A stretch of DNA of 64,000 nucleotides. Source: Nitrospira sp. GTDB lineage: Bacteria > Nitrospirota > Nitrospiria > Nitrospirales > Nitrospiraceae. Below the pieces are notes generated by a model that was not told the DNA's origin, made no database searches, and saw only the letters and a program-made list of their open reading frames with translations. The position numbers were made by a program, and so were the translations under genes. Shown piece by piece: positions 28,174 through 37,516 of this stretch (its first letter is position 1; each line of letters begins with the position of its first letter). The DNA lies in NCBI GenBank assembly GCA_047150005.1, contig AP038806.1:1792001-1856000 (forward strand), written 5' to 3'.

Positions 28174-29496
28174 CTATCCTTGGATCACGGCGTTGCGATA
28201 GACGAAATCCAGAGATTTTTCGGCAAGAATGCGTGCCCGCAATTCTGCCAGAGAATCCTGGCCGCCCGCCTGGATCATCTTGACCAGGTCGCCATGGGCG
28301 ATCTTGAGTTCATGCGCGAGGCGATTGACCTCCTTGTCGACGTCTTCTTGGCTGACGGTAATCTTTTCCTTCTCGGCGATCGCTTCGAGAATCAAGCCGA
28401 CCTTCACCCGCCGCATCGCCTCATCCCGATTCTGCTGGCGGAGTTGTGCGGGATCGGCTGCCTCTGCACCTCCGGGAACATCGCTCCCGGCGCGCCGCTG
28501 CTGTTGGGCATATTGCCGGATGATGGCCTCCAATTCACGCTCAACCAGCGTGTCGGGAAGATCGAAGTGATGGGTGTCGACAAGGCGCTTGATGATCGTA
28601 TCTTTATGCAGTTCCTCGACTTCGCGCTTCAGCGCTTTCTCCAATTCGCCGCGCAGCCGTTCGGTGAGTTCAGCCAGAGAGGCATAGGCTCCGCAATCTT
28701 TGGCGAACTCGTCGTCGAGATCGGGCAGCTTCTTCACCTTCACGGCGCTCGCCACAAGCGTAAAGGTGACGGTCTTCCCGGCCACGCGAGGATCCGGGTG
28801 GCCGGCGGGGTAGGGCTGGGAAATCGTGACGCACTCTCCTTCCGTCTTGTCGACGACGTGAGGATCGATGTCCAGGCCCAAGAGCGTAGCCTTCGAACCG
28901 ACCCGATGCAGGTGCCCCTCTTTCTTGGTGCCATCCAACGGTTGGCCATCCAAGTGGCCAGCCAGCGACAGCACGACGAAATCCCCTTCGGCGATTCGAT
29001 GGCCGGCGGGAGCGGCTTCGAGCCGGGCATGCTGCTCACGTAGGACGTCCATGCCCTTCGCCACCTGCTCGTCCGTGACGCTGCGTTTGTCCGGTTTCAA
29101 GGAGATGGGATTCGGAGCTTTATAATCCCGCAATTCGATCGTTGGCTTGATCTCAACGGTGGCCGTGAAGGTAAACGGCGCGTCCTTCTTAATCTTGACC
29201 CGTTCCAGGGGCGGGATTTCCACCAGGACCGGAGAGATTCCGGCCTGACGGACGGCTCGGTCGTAAAAATCCGGGACAAGAGTCCGGACGACATCCTCCT
29301 CAACCGCTTTGGCATAGCGCTTTTCCAGCAGCGCGAGGGGAGCTTTCCCCGGGCGAAACCCCGGCATGTGCACCTGGCGATTCAGTTGCTTGTAGGCCTG
29401 GGTAAACCGCTGCGCGACTTCCTCTGCCGGCACTTCGATCTTGAGGGCCCGTTTCATCGGCCCCAGCTCGGTCATTTCCATTTTCATGGGCTGCAT
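28174..29496 (-). CDS. tig: Trigger factor
   Basis: PGFRPGKAP ribosome-binding motif, LPDLDDEFAK; upstream of clpP-clpX. Confidence 0.95.
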   Translation of the reverse strand: MQPMKMEMTELGPMKRALKIEVPAEEVAQRFTQAYKQLNRQVHMPGFRPGKAPLALLEKRYAKAVEEDVVRTLVPDFYDRAVRQAGISPVLVEIPPLERVKIKKDAPFTFTATVEIKPTIELRDYKAPNPISLKPDKRSVTDEQVAKGMDVLREQHARLEAAPAGHRIAEGDFVVLSLAGHLDGQPLDGTKKEGHLHRVGSKATLLGLDIDPHVVDKTEGECVTISQPYPAGHPDPRVAGKTVTFTLVASAVKVKKLPDLDDEFAKDCGAYASLAELTERLRGELEKALKREVEELHKDTIIKRLVDTHHFDLPDTLVERELEAIIRQYAQQQRRAGSDVPGGAEAADPAQLRQQNRDEAMRRVKVGLILEAIAEKEKITVSQEDVDKEVNRLAHELKIAHGDLVKMIQAGGQDSLAELRARILAEKSLDFVYRNAVIQG

Positions 29497-29570
29497 TCAA
29501 TCCTTCTAGCTTGTCGTTGCCTTCTGTCGTTGTCAACGCCGGGCAGACGACATCTGCCTAGGCTTGGGCC

Positions 29571-29653
29571 TGGTGCGAGAGGGGGGACTCGAACCCCCAC
29601 GGTTACCCACGAGATCCTAAGTCTCGCGCGTCTGCCAGTTCCGCCACTCTCGC
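29571..29653 (-). tRNA. tRNA-Leu(TAG)
   Basis: GCGAGAGTGGCGGAACTGGCAGAC...CTTAGGA loop, GGTTCGAGTCC, CCA end. Confidence 0.97.
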
Positions 29654-29942
29654 ACGGCGGGGAGTCCCGGAGTTCGGTCCCATCCTATTCAGCAAACAGG
29701 CGAAATTACACGCTCCTGTCGGTATTTTGTACCGTTGGACATGTGCGACTGTCAACCCATACTCCTGCGGGGCGGTCAGCGGGTTTGGGGGAAGGCGGCG
29801 GGAGGATTTCGGCGCGGACGGTCACGGCAGGCGACTTGTTACCCAGCTATTCCTATAAACCGGGTTTGCGGCGCCCAACAGAACCGGTATAATCGTCGAA
29901 GGCGTAGTTCATCGGCATGCTTACCCTCTGAAGAGGCCCGCC

Positions 29943-31031
29943 ATGCACGCTGCTCTACATGTGGCACTGACGACAGCATTCCTGCTTCTGTTTCTTGTCG
30001 ATCCGCCCCGTTCGCTCGCCTATCGGGATTATTTCACCGCGGAACAGAAAGCCCAACTCGAGAAGATTGAGACGGTGCAGGTCGAGGCTCTGATGCTGTC
30101 TGATAAAGGATCTGTCGATGCGGCGCCGATCGCCGAGCTTGTCGCTCGGCGACTGAGCGAGTTGGGGTATCGAACAGTCGGGGACCCAGGCAAGCCCCAC
30201 GACGCCCTGTTTAGGGTCAAATGCGAACAACGAAAGACCTGGGAGGGCACGACTGTCGCAGGGGGTGACGCGGACCTTCCTGATGCTCCGTCGCGCCTGT
30301 GGAAAGGTCCGGCCTGCCAACTGACCTATGTGTTGGGTGAACTGAAGGTCAGATGGCAGAAAGAGGTGCGGACCGACTTCGAGGATGCCATGTCAGCCAC
30401 GCAGACGGCCAATGCCGGCGACCCGGGCGTCTTTGCGATGGGCAAGTTGCGGGAGAAACTCGAGCAATATGATTTCCCGGTCCTGCTGACGGCTGAGTGG
30501 GGTCAGCCGGATCGATTACTGAAACTGTTGGAAGCGGCGGACACGCCGCAGATCCGTAAGCTCAAGATTATTTCTCTTCTGGGCGAAATGCAGGCGGATG
30601 AGGCGCTTCCGAAGCTCAAAGCCGCTCTCAAGGACAAAGATCTTTCCAAGCAGGCTGCAGTCGCGTTGGGCAACATGGGTAAGGAGGGCATTCCGATTCT
30701 GGTCGACATCTTGAAACATTCTAAGCAGCCGGAATTGCAGGCCGCTGCCGCCAAAGGTCTTGGAGATCTGGGAAACACGCACAACGATTCATCGGTGGTG
30801 CCGCCGCTACTGGAAATGTTGGACGCTCCCGGGGTGGATATCTCCGTCCAGACTGAAGTCGCATGGGCGCTTGGAAGGGTGCCGGACCGGCGGTCTGTCC
30901 AGCCACTCTTCGAACTCGATAAGAAACTCCAGAAAATCCGGCAAGACCCGGTGGATCCTCAGATCAAAAAACTCAAAGAAGCCGTGTTCTGGGCAATCAA
31001 GCAGGTATACACCGAGGACCAATACAGCTAG
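29943..31031 (+). CDS. Exported HEAT-repeat protein
   Basis: Signal peptide ending SLA; C-terminal AAVALG / AAAKGLG / VAWALG HEAT units. Confidence 0.8.
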   Translation: MHAALHVALTTAFLLLFLVDPPRSLAYRDYFTAEQKAQLEKIETVQVEALMLSDKGSVDAAPIAELVARRLSELGYRTVGDPGKPHDALFRVKCEQRKTWEGTTVAGGDADLPDAPSRLWKGPACQLTYVLGELKVRWQKEVRTDFEDAMSATQTANAGDPGVFAMGKLREKLEQYDFPVLLTAEWGQPDRLLKLLEAADTPQIRKLKIISLLGEMQADEALPKLKAALKDKDLSKQAAVALGNMGKEGIPILVDILKHSKQPELQAAAAKGLGDLGNTHNDSSVVPPLLEMLDAPGVDISVQTEVAWALGRVPDRRSVQPLFELDKKLQKIRQDPVDPQIKKLKEAVFWAIKQVYTEDQYS

Positions 31032-31344
31032 TCGGGAGCTCACGCTCCCCATTGGTGACAGGACAACCGGAGGCACTGGGCCGAGTCCAGGGTGAGATGC
31101 TTTCCTTGTCACCCGTGGCATCTCAATCAGATCCGATCGATCCATACCACGATGCTGAAACCACCCTTCCGGTTTTTCCGCTCGGCGGGGCTTGTCAGGA
31201 TGATCCGGCAATCCCGCACGCGGAAGTTCGTCTGTTCCAGATCTCTTTCTTCGCACGACAGGAAGACGCACGAATAATAGGACGATCTGAGATCCGGCTC
31301 TCCTTTGACATCGACGGTGGGCGCCGCAGATGAAGGAGGCGTTC

Positions 31345-32589
31345 ATGAGCCACGTTTCTCGTCGGGCGTTCTTGCAACTTTCGGCATTGACCGGCGCCAC
31401 GGTGCTATCAGGTGATTGGACGATTCGGGGATTAGACGGTCCTCCCCGCAGGGGCGCGGCATTGGCGGCCGAGCCGATCAAGATCGGAATCCTCGATCCA
31501 TTGTCCAGTCCGTACAAGACTTCGTCGATCCATGACGTGCACGGGGCCAATGTGGCCGTTGATCTCTTCAACAAGAGCGGCGGGGTGATCGGGCGGCCAG
31601 TGGTCCTGCTTGAGGCCGATGATGCATCCAATCCCGACACGGCGGTCAAGGCGGCGACCACGTTCATCCGTGACGATCGGGTCGATTTCTTGATGGGGAC
31701 GTTCAATGGAGAGTGCGCGCTTGCCGTCAGCGCCGTGGCTCATCAAGAAGGCAAGCTGTTCATGGTCACCGGTGCCTGTTTGCCGGAGCTGACCGGAGAA
31801 GCTTGCAACGCGCATACGTTCGTCTTCATGCCGCATGCCAGGATGCTCGCGGAAGCGGTCGTTCCCCAACTGATCAAAGCCCATGGAACCAGGTGGTACA
31901 TGATCACGGCAAACACGCTGGACGGGAAGACAGCCGCCCAGGCGGTACTCGATGCGGCGCAGCCTCACCATGTGCAGGTTGTGGGAGAAACCGTGCTGCC
32001 GTTTGGAACCACGGATTACACGTCGGCTCTGACGACGGCAAAGGCCAAAAAGCCGACGTGCATCATTCTCAATCTCTATGGATGGGACCTCGTCCACGCG
32101 CTGAAGGACTGCGGAAAGCTCGATCTAGCCAAAGAAAAGATCGGGATCGGCGGCCTGATCAGCGGCGAGCAAATCGGGCGACCATTGGGCTACGCCAATA
32201 ATGCGGGCATCTGGGGCTTGATCTGGGATCCGAAAATCAAGACCGAAAGCTCCAGGCGTTTCATCCAGGCGGTGATCGACAAGTACAATCACACACCGAC
32301 CTCACGTTGCTATCTGGGGTATGCCGCTATGACGCAGATTTTAGAGGCGGTCCAACGAGCCGGCACGACCGAGACGCCCGCGGTGATCAAGGCATTGGAG
32401 GGGCATCACTTCGACGGGCTCAAGGAAGGTCGCTCGGAATTTCGGGCTTCGGACCATCAACACGTTCAGGACGTCCTTGTCGGGGAAGCCTACGGGCGGG
32501 AGCTTGGACTGGGCCACTTCAAGATCTTGACGACGCTTCGCGGAGATGCCAACCCTGGCGCAGCGGATCGGCACAATTGCACCATGTAG
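31345..32589 (+). CDS. Tat-exported ABC substrate-binding protein (LivJ/LivK-like)
   Basis: SRRAFLQ twin-arginine signal; PIKIGILDPLS, GGVIGRPV, PFGTTDY; AGGAGG RBS. Confidence 0.88.
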   Translation: MSHVSRRAFLQLSALTGATVLSGDWTIRGLDGPPRRGAALAAEPIKIGILDPLSSPYKTSSIHDVHGANVAVDLFNKSGGVIGRPVVLLEADDASNPDTAVKAATTFIRDDRVDFLMGTFNGECALAVSAVAHQEGKLFMVTGACLPELTGEACNAHTFVFMPHARMLAEAVVPQLIKAHGTRWYMITANTLDGKTAAQAVLDAAQPHHVQVVGETVLPFGTTDYTSALTTAKAKKPTCIILNLYGWDLVHALKDCGKLDLAKEKIGIGGLISGEQIGRPLGYANNAGIWGLIWDPKIKTESSRRFIQAVIDKYNHTPTSRCYLGYAAMTQILEAVQRAGTTETPAVIKALEGHHFDGLKEGRSEFRASDHQHVQDVLVGEAYGRELGLGHFKILTTLRGDANPGAADRHNCTM

Positions 32590-32591
32590 CA

Positions 32592-32630
32592 GGGAGGCAA
32601 GAGCCTTCTTGATGAAGACTCCTGCCTCCG
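32592..32630. terminator. Stem-loop between convergent genes
   Basis: GGAGGCA..AG.CTTC / GAAGACT..TGCCTCC imperfect hairpin. Confidence 0.45.
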
Positions 32631-32642
32631 TGGAGGCGGGCC

Positions 32643-33824
32643 CTATCTGGTCACGCGGATTTCCACCCGCCGGTTCTGGGCTCGTCCGGCATCGGTGGTA
32701 TTGGAAGACACCGGCCTGGTATCCGAGTAGCCGGCGGTGGATGCTCCTGAAAATCCGCCGCCCGCCAGCGCCTCGGCGGCATTCCGTGCGCGCGCTTCTG
32801 ACAGTTCCACGTTGGACGGAAATTTTGTCTTCAACGCGCCGCGGATCGGTCGGTTGTCCGTGTGACCGTCCACCGCAACTTTGTATTCGGGGAATTCCTT
32901 CAGAATCGCGCCGACCTGTTTCAAGGCCTCCGCGCCGTCCGGCTTGAGCTGATCGTCTCCGGAGTCGAACAGGTAGCCGGAGGCCAGGTTGATGAGGAGC
33001 CGTTCGTTGTTCAAATCGACGGTGATGTTTTTCTTGTCGATCTGAGGCCTAAGCGCCCTGATCAGTCCGCGTTCCGCTTCTTTCAGCTTCGCCATCTCCG
33101 CCGAGAGGTCACCGCGAAGTCCCGCCAGCTCTCGATCCCGGTCCGCCAGTTGTTTCTCCAGATCGGCCGTATGCTGCTTGGCCGAGGCCAGCTCGGCCAT
33201 GAGTTTATCTTTCTCACCCGCGGCGCTTCCGAGGGCCGCGCACTGTGCTTCAAGTTCCGCCGTCCGCTGTTTCGACGCAGCCAGCTCGGAGGCGAGCTTG
33301 TCCCTATCGCCTGCACCGGCTTGAAGCGCGGCGATCTCGGCCCCGGACGAGGTGGAGAGGGTGCTCATCTGCGTCTCAAGGTCGGCGGTGCGGGCTTTCG
33401 AGACTTCAAGCTCCCGTTGTGTCGAGGACAGCTGTTGGGCCATCTTCTCGGAATCACCTGCATTGGAACGGAGCGCGGCCAACTCCCGATTGCGGTCGGC
33501 CAGTTCCCGGTCGCGATCGGCCAGCTGGCGTTCCAGGTCACCGCTCCGACCCTTTGCCTGGTTCAAATCGCCCGACAGTCCGTTCAGCCTGGCAATTTCT
33601 TTGTCTCGTTCCGCCACCATGCGTTCCAGTTCCGCGATTCGTTGATCCCGCGGATCGGCTAGGCGCGACGCCTCGTGGGACCTGGCCTTCATCTCATTCA
33701 TCGCACGGCTCGTGCTGTCATTCGGTGCCTCTTCCTGGAAGTACCACGCGGCACCGCTCTCTTTCGTCACTCCGACGGTGACGAGTAATCCCAGGACGAC
33801 CGCTACCAGTCTCTCGCATCGCAT
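32643..33824 (-). CDS. Exported coiled-coil protein with OmpA/MotB C-terminal domain
   Basis: Signal peptide, long heptad coiled coil, VDGHTDN..SNVELSEARA..NRRVEI. Confidence 0.88.
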   Translation of the reverse strand: MRCERLVAVVLGLLVTVGVTKESGAAWYFQEEAPNDSTSRAMNEMKARSHEASRLADPRDQRIAELERMVAERDKEIARLNGLSGDLNQAKGRSGDLERQLADRDRELADRNRELAALRSNAGDSEKMAQQLSSTQRELEVSKARTADLETQMSTLSTSSGAEIAALQAGAGDRDKLASELAASKQRTAELEAQCAALGSAAGEKDKLMAELASAKQHTADLEKQLADRDRELAGLRGDLSAEMAKLKEAERGLIRALRPQIDKKNITVDLNNERLLINLASGYLFDSGDDQLKPDGAEALKQVGAILKEFPEYKVAVDGHTDNRPIRGALKTKFPSNVELSEARARNAAEALAGGGFSGASTAGYSDTRPVSSNTTDAGRAQNRRVEIRVTR

Positions 33825-33942
33825 TGAATCCTCCTTGGCTTTTCGATGGGCGCTCTTATGTCAGACGAACACGGGGTCTGCCGTGCGTGGCGGGGAGGGA
33901 GCAGGTCCTCGCCGACCGTAGAATTCAGGAATGGCATCATGC

Positions 33943-34359
33943 TCAATGCCGCTGACTCTTAATCGCGTCCCGAATCTCCATCAGCAATTTCTCTTCATTG
34001 GTAGGCCCGGCCGGCGGTGCCGGGGGAGCCTCCCTCTTGAAGCGGTTGACCTGTTTGACCAGCATGAAAATCACGAAGGCGACGATAAGAAAGTCGAACA
34101 CGCCCTGGAGAAATACGCCGTAATTGAGAGTCGGCGTTCCCGCCGCCTTGGCTGCAACCAGCGAAGGCTGCGGGGTTCCCGACAAGGTCAGGAACAGGCT
34201 GGAAAAATCCACTTTCCCCATCAGCAACCCGATGGGCGGCATCAGGATGTCGCTGACGAGCGATGACACGATCTTTCCGAAGGCTCCTCCGATAATGACG
34301 CCGATGGCCATGTCGAGGACGTTGCCCTTCATCGCAAAATCCCTGAATTCTTTCAACAT
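33943..34359 (-). CDS. mscL: Large-conductance mechanosensitive channel
   Basis: [38 protein letters not shown]. Confidence 0.97.
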   Translation of the reverse strand: MLKEFRDFAMKGNVLDMAIGVIIGGAFGKIVSSLVSDILMPPIGLLMGKVDFSSLFLTLSGTPQPSLVAAKAAGTPTLNYGVFLQGVFDFLIVAFVIFMLVKQVNRFKREAPPAPPAGPTNEEKLLMEIRDAIKSQRH

Positions 34360-34408
34360 CGGAACCCTCCTTGTTTCGAGTGATTGGGGGACAGATTTTC
34401 AGCCGAAC

Positions 34409-35536
34409 TCAACGCCGTCGTGTCGTGTCGAAATTGTAGCCGAACGTGATGAGGTACAGCGTATCGGTACTCTGGACACCGGCCGGGGGTGTGTTGTTGT
34501 AGCGGTAGGTGAATTGAAAGTTCGCGACGAACCCCTCGATGAGTTTCAGCCGGATACCCTGATCCATCGTAAGGTAGTAATCCTGACTGTTCTGGAATGA
34601 AGGGAAAAATTCGTCGAAATGATAGAGCACGATTCGCTCGTCCAGCATGGGCCAATTGAGCCTCAGAGATCCTCGACCGCGCACGGACGACTGATCGGGA
34701 AGATTCTTGAAATCCTCGTTGAAATAGCTGACGCCGAACTCAGCGGACAGAGTGATGTCCTTGAAGTACGGGCCGGAAAAATCCCCCAGATCGATGAATT
34801 GGTAGCCGGGTCCGGTCGCCAGTGCGGTTCTGAGATTCAAGTCCTGAAAGGTATCTTGCTCGAAGTAGGCGCTCGTGAAGGCGTAGAAGCGTTTGGTGAA
34901 AAAGAAGTCGAGTTTGACCGTGCCTCGCGCGTTCCGTGCGGCCAGTTGGCCGTTGTTCTCGTTGTAGACGTACCGGCCGTTCAAGAGAAGCCGCAGCTTT
35001 TCGCTGCGTCCGGTCAGGTCCAAGAGGAAACTCGCGTTTTGAAAGTTCGTGTTGCCGTTCGCCGTCGAGATGCCGGCCGTCACTGCGCCGACGAAAATAA
35101 CCGGTGGCTGGACCAGCGGGTTGATGGAAGCGACCGATCCGACGGGAATCGTCAGGGGTTCGGCCAGCGACTCCACTTTCAGCAGAAGGAAGCCGTCCTT
35201 GTCCGCTTCGGTCGTGCCCACCAAGATGGTGCCCTCTTTCAGATGAAACGGAAGAGGATGGGTGACGGCCAGCTTGGAGACCTCACTCCACTTGACTTTG
35301 AATGCCTTGTCGGCGCTGTCCACGGTCTTGAGGAACAGGGTTCCCTCGGTCATTTCGATGACCTCACCGTACAGGACACTGCCGTCTTTCAAGGTCACAA
35401 TATCGACGGGAACCGGGGCCGGGGGACCGGCCGGCGGGTCCGTGTCCGCGGCAACTGCGGAAAAGGGAGAGGCCAGACAGACAGCCAGGACGAGCGCCCA
35501 GGCGTTCAGAATCGAGGGTCGTCGCATGAACGTCAA
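34409..35536 (-). CDS. DUF481 (YdiY-like) outer-membrane beta-barrel with N-terminal beta domain
   Basis: Signal peptide; DIVTLKDGSVLYG; GNT; FEQDTFQDLNLR..GPGYQF; terminal GYNF strand. Confidence 0.75.
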   Translation of the reverse strand: MTFMRRPSILNAWALVLAVCLASPFSAVAADTDPPAGPPAPVPVDIVTLKDGSVLYGEVIEMTEGTLFLKTVDSADKAFKVKWSEVSKLAVTHPLPFHLKEGTILVGTTEADKDGFLLLKVESLAEPLTIPVGSVASINPLVQPPVIFVGAVTAGISTANGNTNFQNASFLLDLTGRSEKLRLLLNGRYVYNENNGQLAARNARGTVKLDFFFTKRFYAFTSAYFEQDTFQDLNLRTALATGPGYQFIDLGDFSGPYFKDITLSAEFGVSYFNEDFKNLPDQSSVRGRGSLRLNWPMLDERIVLYHFDEFFPSFQNSQDYYLTMDQGIRLKLIEGFVANFQFTYRYNNTPPAGVQSTDTLYLITFGYNFDTTRRR

Positions 35537-35869
35537 ATTCCCCTTAGTTCCGTGGGTAGCCTTCCGATGGGCCGATTGCGAGAGTTGCCGGTCGAATCAA
35601 CTGGAGTGAGACTTAGGTGTATAACCGAATCCTCACGGTTTTGGCAATAATCAGACCCGCAGGCTGACGACGAGCAAAGTCGGTGCCGCGAGAAACCGAT
35701 GCTCTTGGCAGAAACTGCTTAAGGAGTTGTCCGCGCCGTGCGGATCCTGCATGAAGAATCCTTCAGGCATGGATGCAGGGTGCTTCTTCGTGAGGGCGAT
35801 TCCATGGCGACGGACGAACCGGCGGACGGAACCGTGCCGATTCGAGCCCTGCGATGACGGATGTCGAGC

Positions 35870-36661
35870 CTAGGTCCTTGGTGCAACGGCAGAAGGGGCA
35901 AACTCGATCTGCGCGGCCCGAAATCGTTCCATCACCGCCTTGTTGATTTCTCCTTGGGTCGAACCGTAGTCGGCGACGGCCGTCCAGGGTTGAATAGCAA
36001 TGGTGACGGCCGGCTGACCGAGCGCGCTGATGCCGACCGACGGAGCCGGGTCCTTCAGGATCTTGGGATGGCTCTGGAGCACGTCCCGCGTGATGGCCAA
36101 TGCTCGGTCCATATCGGCTGTGTACGCGATGTTGACCGTGAGCGCCATTTGACGGATCGTGCCGAAGTTATGAAGAATCTCTCCGATGATCTTCCGATTC
36201 GGGATGATCACGCGGGAGTGATCCGTGTGCATGAGGACGGTGGAAAAGATGTCGATCATGACGACATCCCCGTGCACGCCCAACAGCGAGATGTGCTCGC
36301 CGACTCGGTAGGGTTTCGTGAAGATGATAGACAGCCCGGCCATGACGTTGCCGAGCACGCCTTGGAGTGCGAGTCCGATCCCCACGCCGGCGACGCCGAT
36401 GCCGGCGATCAAGGGAGCGATCGGCACCCCAAGCGCCTCGAGCGCGATGACCGTCGTGAACAACAGGACGATGATCCTGACGACGCGAACCAACAGCAGC
36501 CGGACCGGCGGCTCAAGCGTGTGGCGCTCAAGCTGCTGTCTCGCCAGATTCCCTGCCCACCGTGCCACGATCACTCCGGCGGCGAAAATCCCGATGGCCA
36601 CCACCGCTTGCAGACCGTATCGCACGGCGTATTGCGTGAGCGTCTCCATTGCAATCATCAC
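35870..36661 (-). CDS. mscS: Small-conductance mechanosensitive channel family
   Basis: AGIGVAGVGIGLALQG, KPYRVGE, VIIPN. Confidence 0.9.
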   Translation of the reverse strand: MMIAMETLTQYAVRYGLQAVVAIGIFAAGVIVARWAGNLARQQLERHTLEPPVRLLLVRVVRIIVLLFTTVIALEALGVPIAPLIAGIGVAGVGIGLALQGVLGNVMAGLSIIFTKPYRVGEHISLLGVHGDVVMIDIFSTVLMHTDHSRVIIPNRKIIGEILHNFGTIRQMALTVNIAYTADMDRALAITRDVLQSHPKILKDPAPSVGISALGQPAVTIAIQPWTAVADYGSTQGEINKAVMERFRAAQIEFAPSAVAPRT

Positions 36662-36670
36662 GGCGCCTCC

Positions 36671-36865
36671 TTAGCGACCGAACAGCTCCCCCAGGAGCTC
36701 CTTCCCCCGTCGTGGCAAGTCTTGCGGCTTCGTCGTGCCTTCCAAGAGCCCCTTGACGGTTGCTTTCACCTGCTTCTCCACCTGAGCCTGGACCGTTCCC
36801 GTCAGCGTCTTCACAATGCCGGCGAGGAAGATCAGAGCGAGGGTCATGCTCAGGATGATGTTCAT
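36671..36865 (-). CDS. Small hypothetical protein (64 aa) or gene remnant
   Basis: Hydrophobic N-terminus and helical C-terminus ending GELFGR directly before the mscS RBS. Confidence 0.4.
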   Translation of the reverse strand: MNIILSMTLALIFLAGIVKTLTGTVQAQVEKQVKATVKGLLEGTTKPQDLPRRGKELLGELFGR

Positions 36866-36975
36866 GCGACCTGTCCGCGGATTGTTCGGCAGTATAGAAA
36901 AGCATCGGAGGAGCGTCAAACGCTCACCTTGCCGCTCAAAAACGTGCGTGCTAAGATCACATTCCCGAAAATTGC

Positions 36976-37065
<90 letters not shown>

Positions 37066-37146
37066 AACCAAGCGTGCTCGACCCGGAGCCTCACCAAATG
37101 ACGGCGACGGGATAAGTTCCTTGGTTTCACTGAGTTGTCGACCCGG

Positions 37147-37242
37147 AGTGCTGAGTAACAAGTGCTGTGTGCTGAGTTTGGACGAGACGAAACAGGGCTC
37201 AATAGGGCTAGGTTCGGAACTCGTTCCTCAGGACTCAGCGCT
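37147..37242. repeat. Heptamer inverted-repeat array (AGTGCTG family)
   Basis: AGTGCTG AGTAACA AGTGCTG TGTGCTG AGT ... ACTCGTT CCTCAGG ACTCAGC; same unit as at 4147. Confidence 0.7.
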
Positions 37243-37250
37243 TTGAAAAA

Positions 37251-37351
37251 GGGGCCGGGCCCTGTGCAACAGAACCCTGTGAACCCCGCCAGGTCCGGAA
37301 GGAAGCAACGGTAAGCAATCAGTTCTGGGTGCCGCAGGATCACCTGGCCCC
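37251..37351 (+). ncRNA. ffs: Signal recognition particle RNA (small SRP, 4.5S)
   Basis: CAGGTCCGGAAGGAAGCAACGG helix-8 motif; ends pair (GGGGCC/GGCCCC); typical position before dnaX. Confidence 0.93.
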
Positions 37352-37357
37352 GCTATA

Positions 37358-37484
37358 GCAGGATGCTGAAAACGGTCCCCAACTTCGTTCTCGGTCGGTC
37401 GCTCCACTCGACGTACTAAACAACGTACGCCTCGTGGTCCTCCCTCCCTGTGGCCTTGTTGGGAAACCGTTTTGAGCATCCTGC
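37358..37484. repeat. About 125-bp palindromic REP/MITE-like element, copy 2
   Basis: TIR GCAGGATGCTGAAAACGGT / ACCGTTTTGAGCATCCTGC. Confidence 0.82.
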
Positions 37485-37516
37485 AGTGTTCATAAAGTCA
37501 CGTCATTGGTTTAAAT

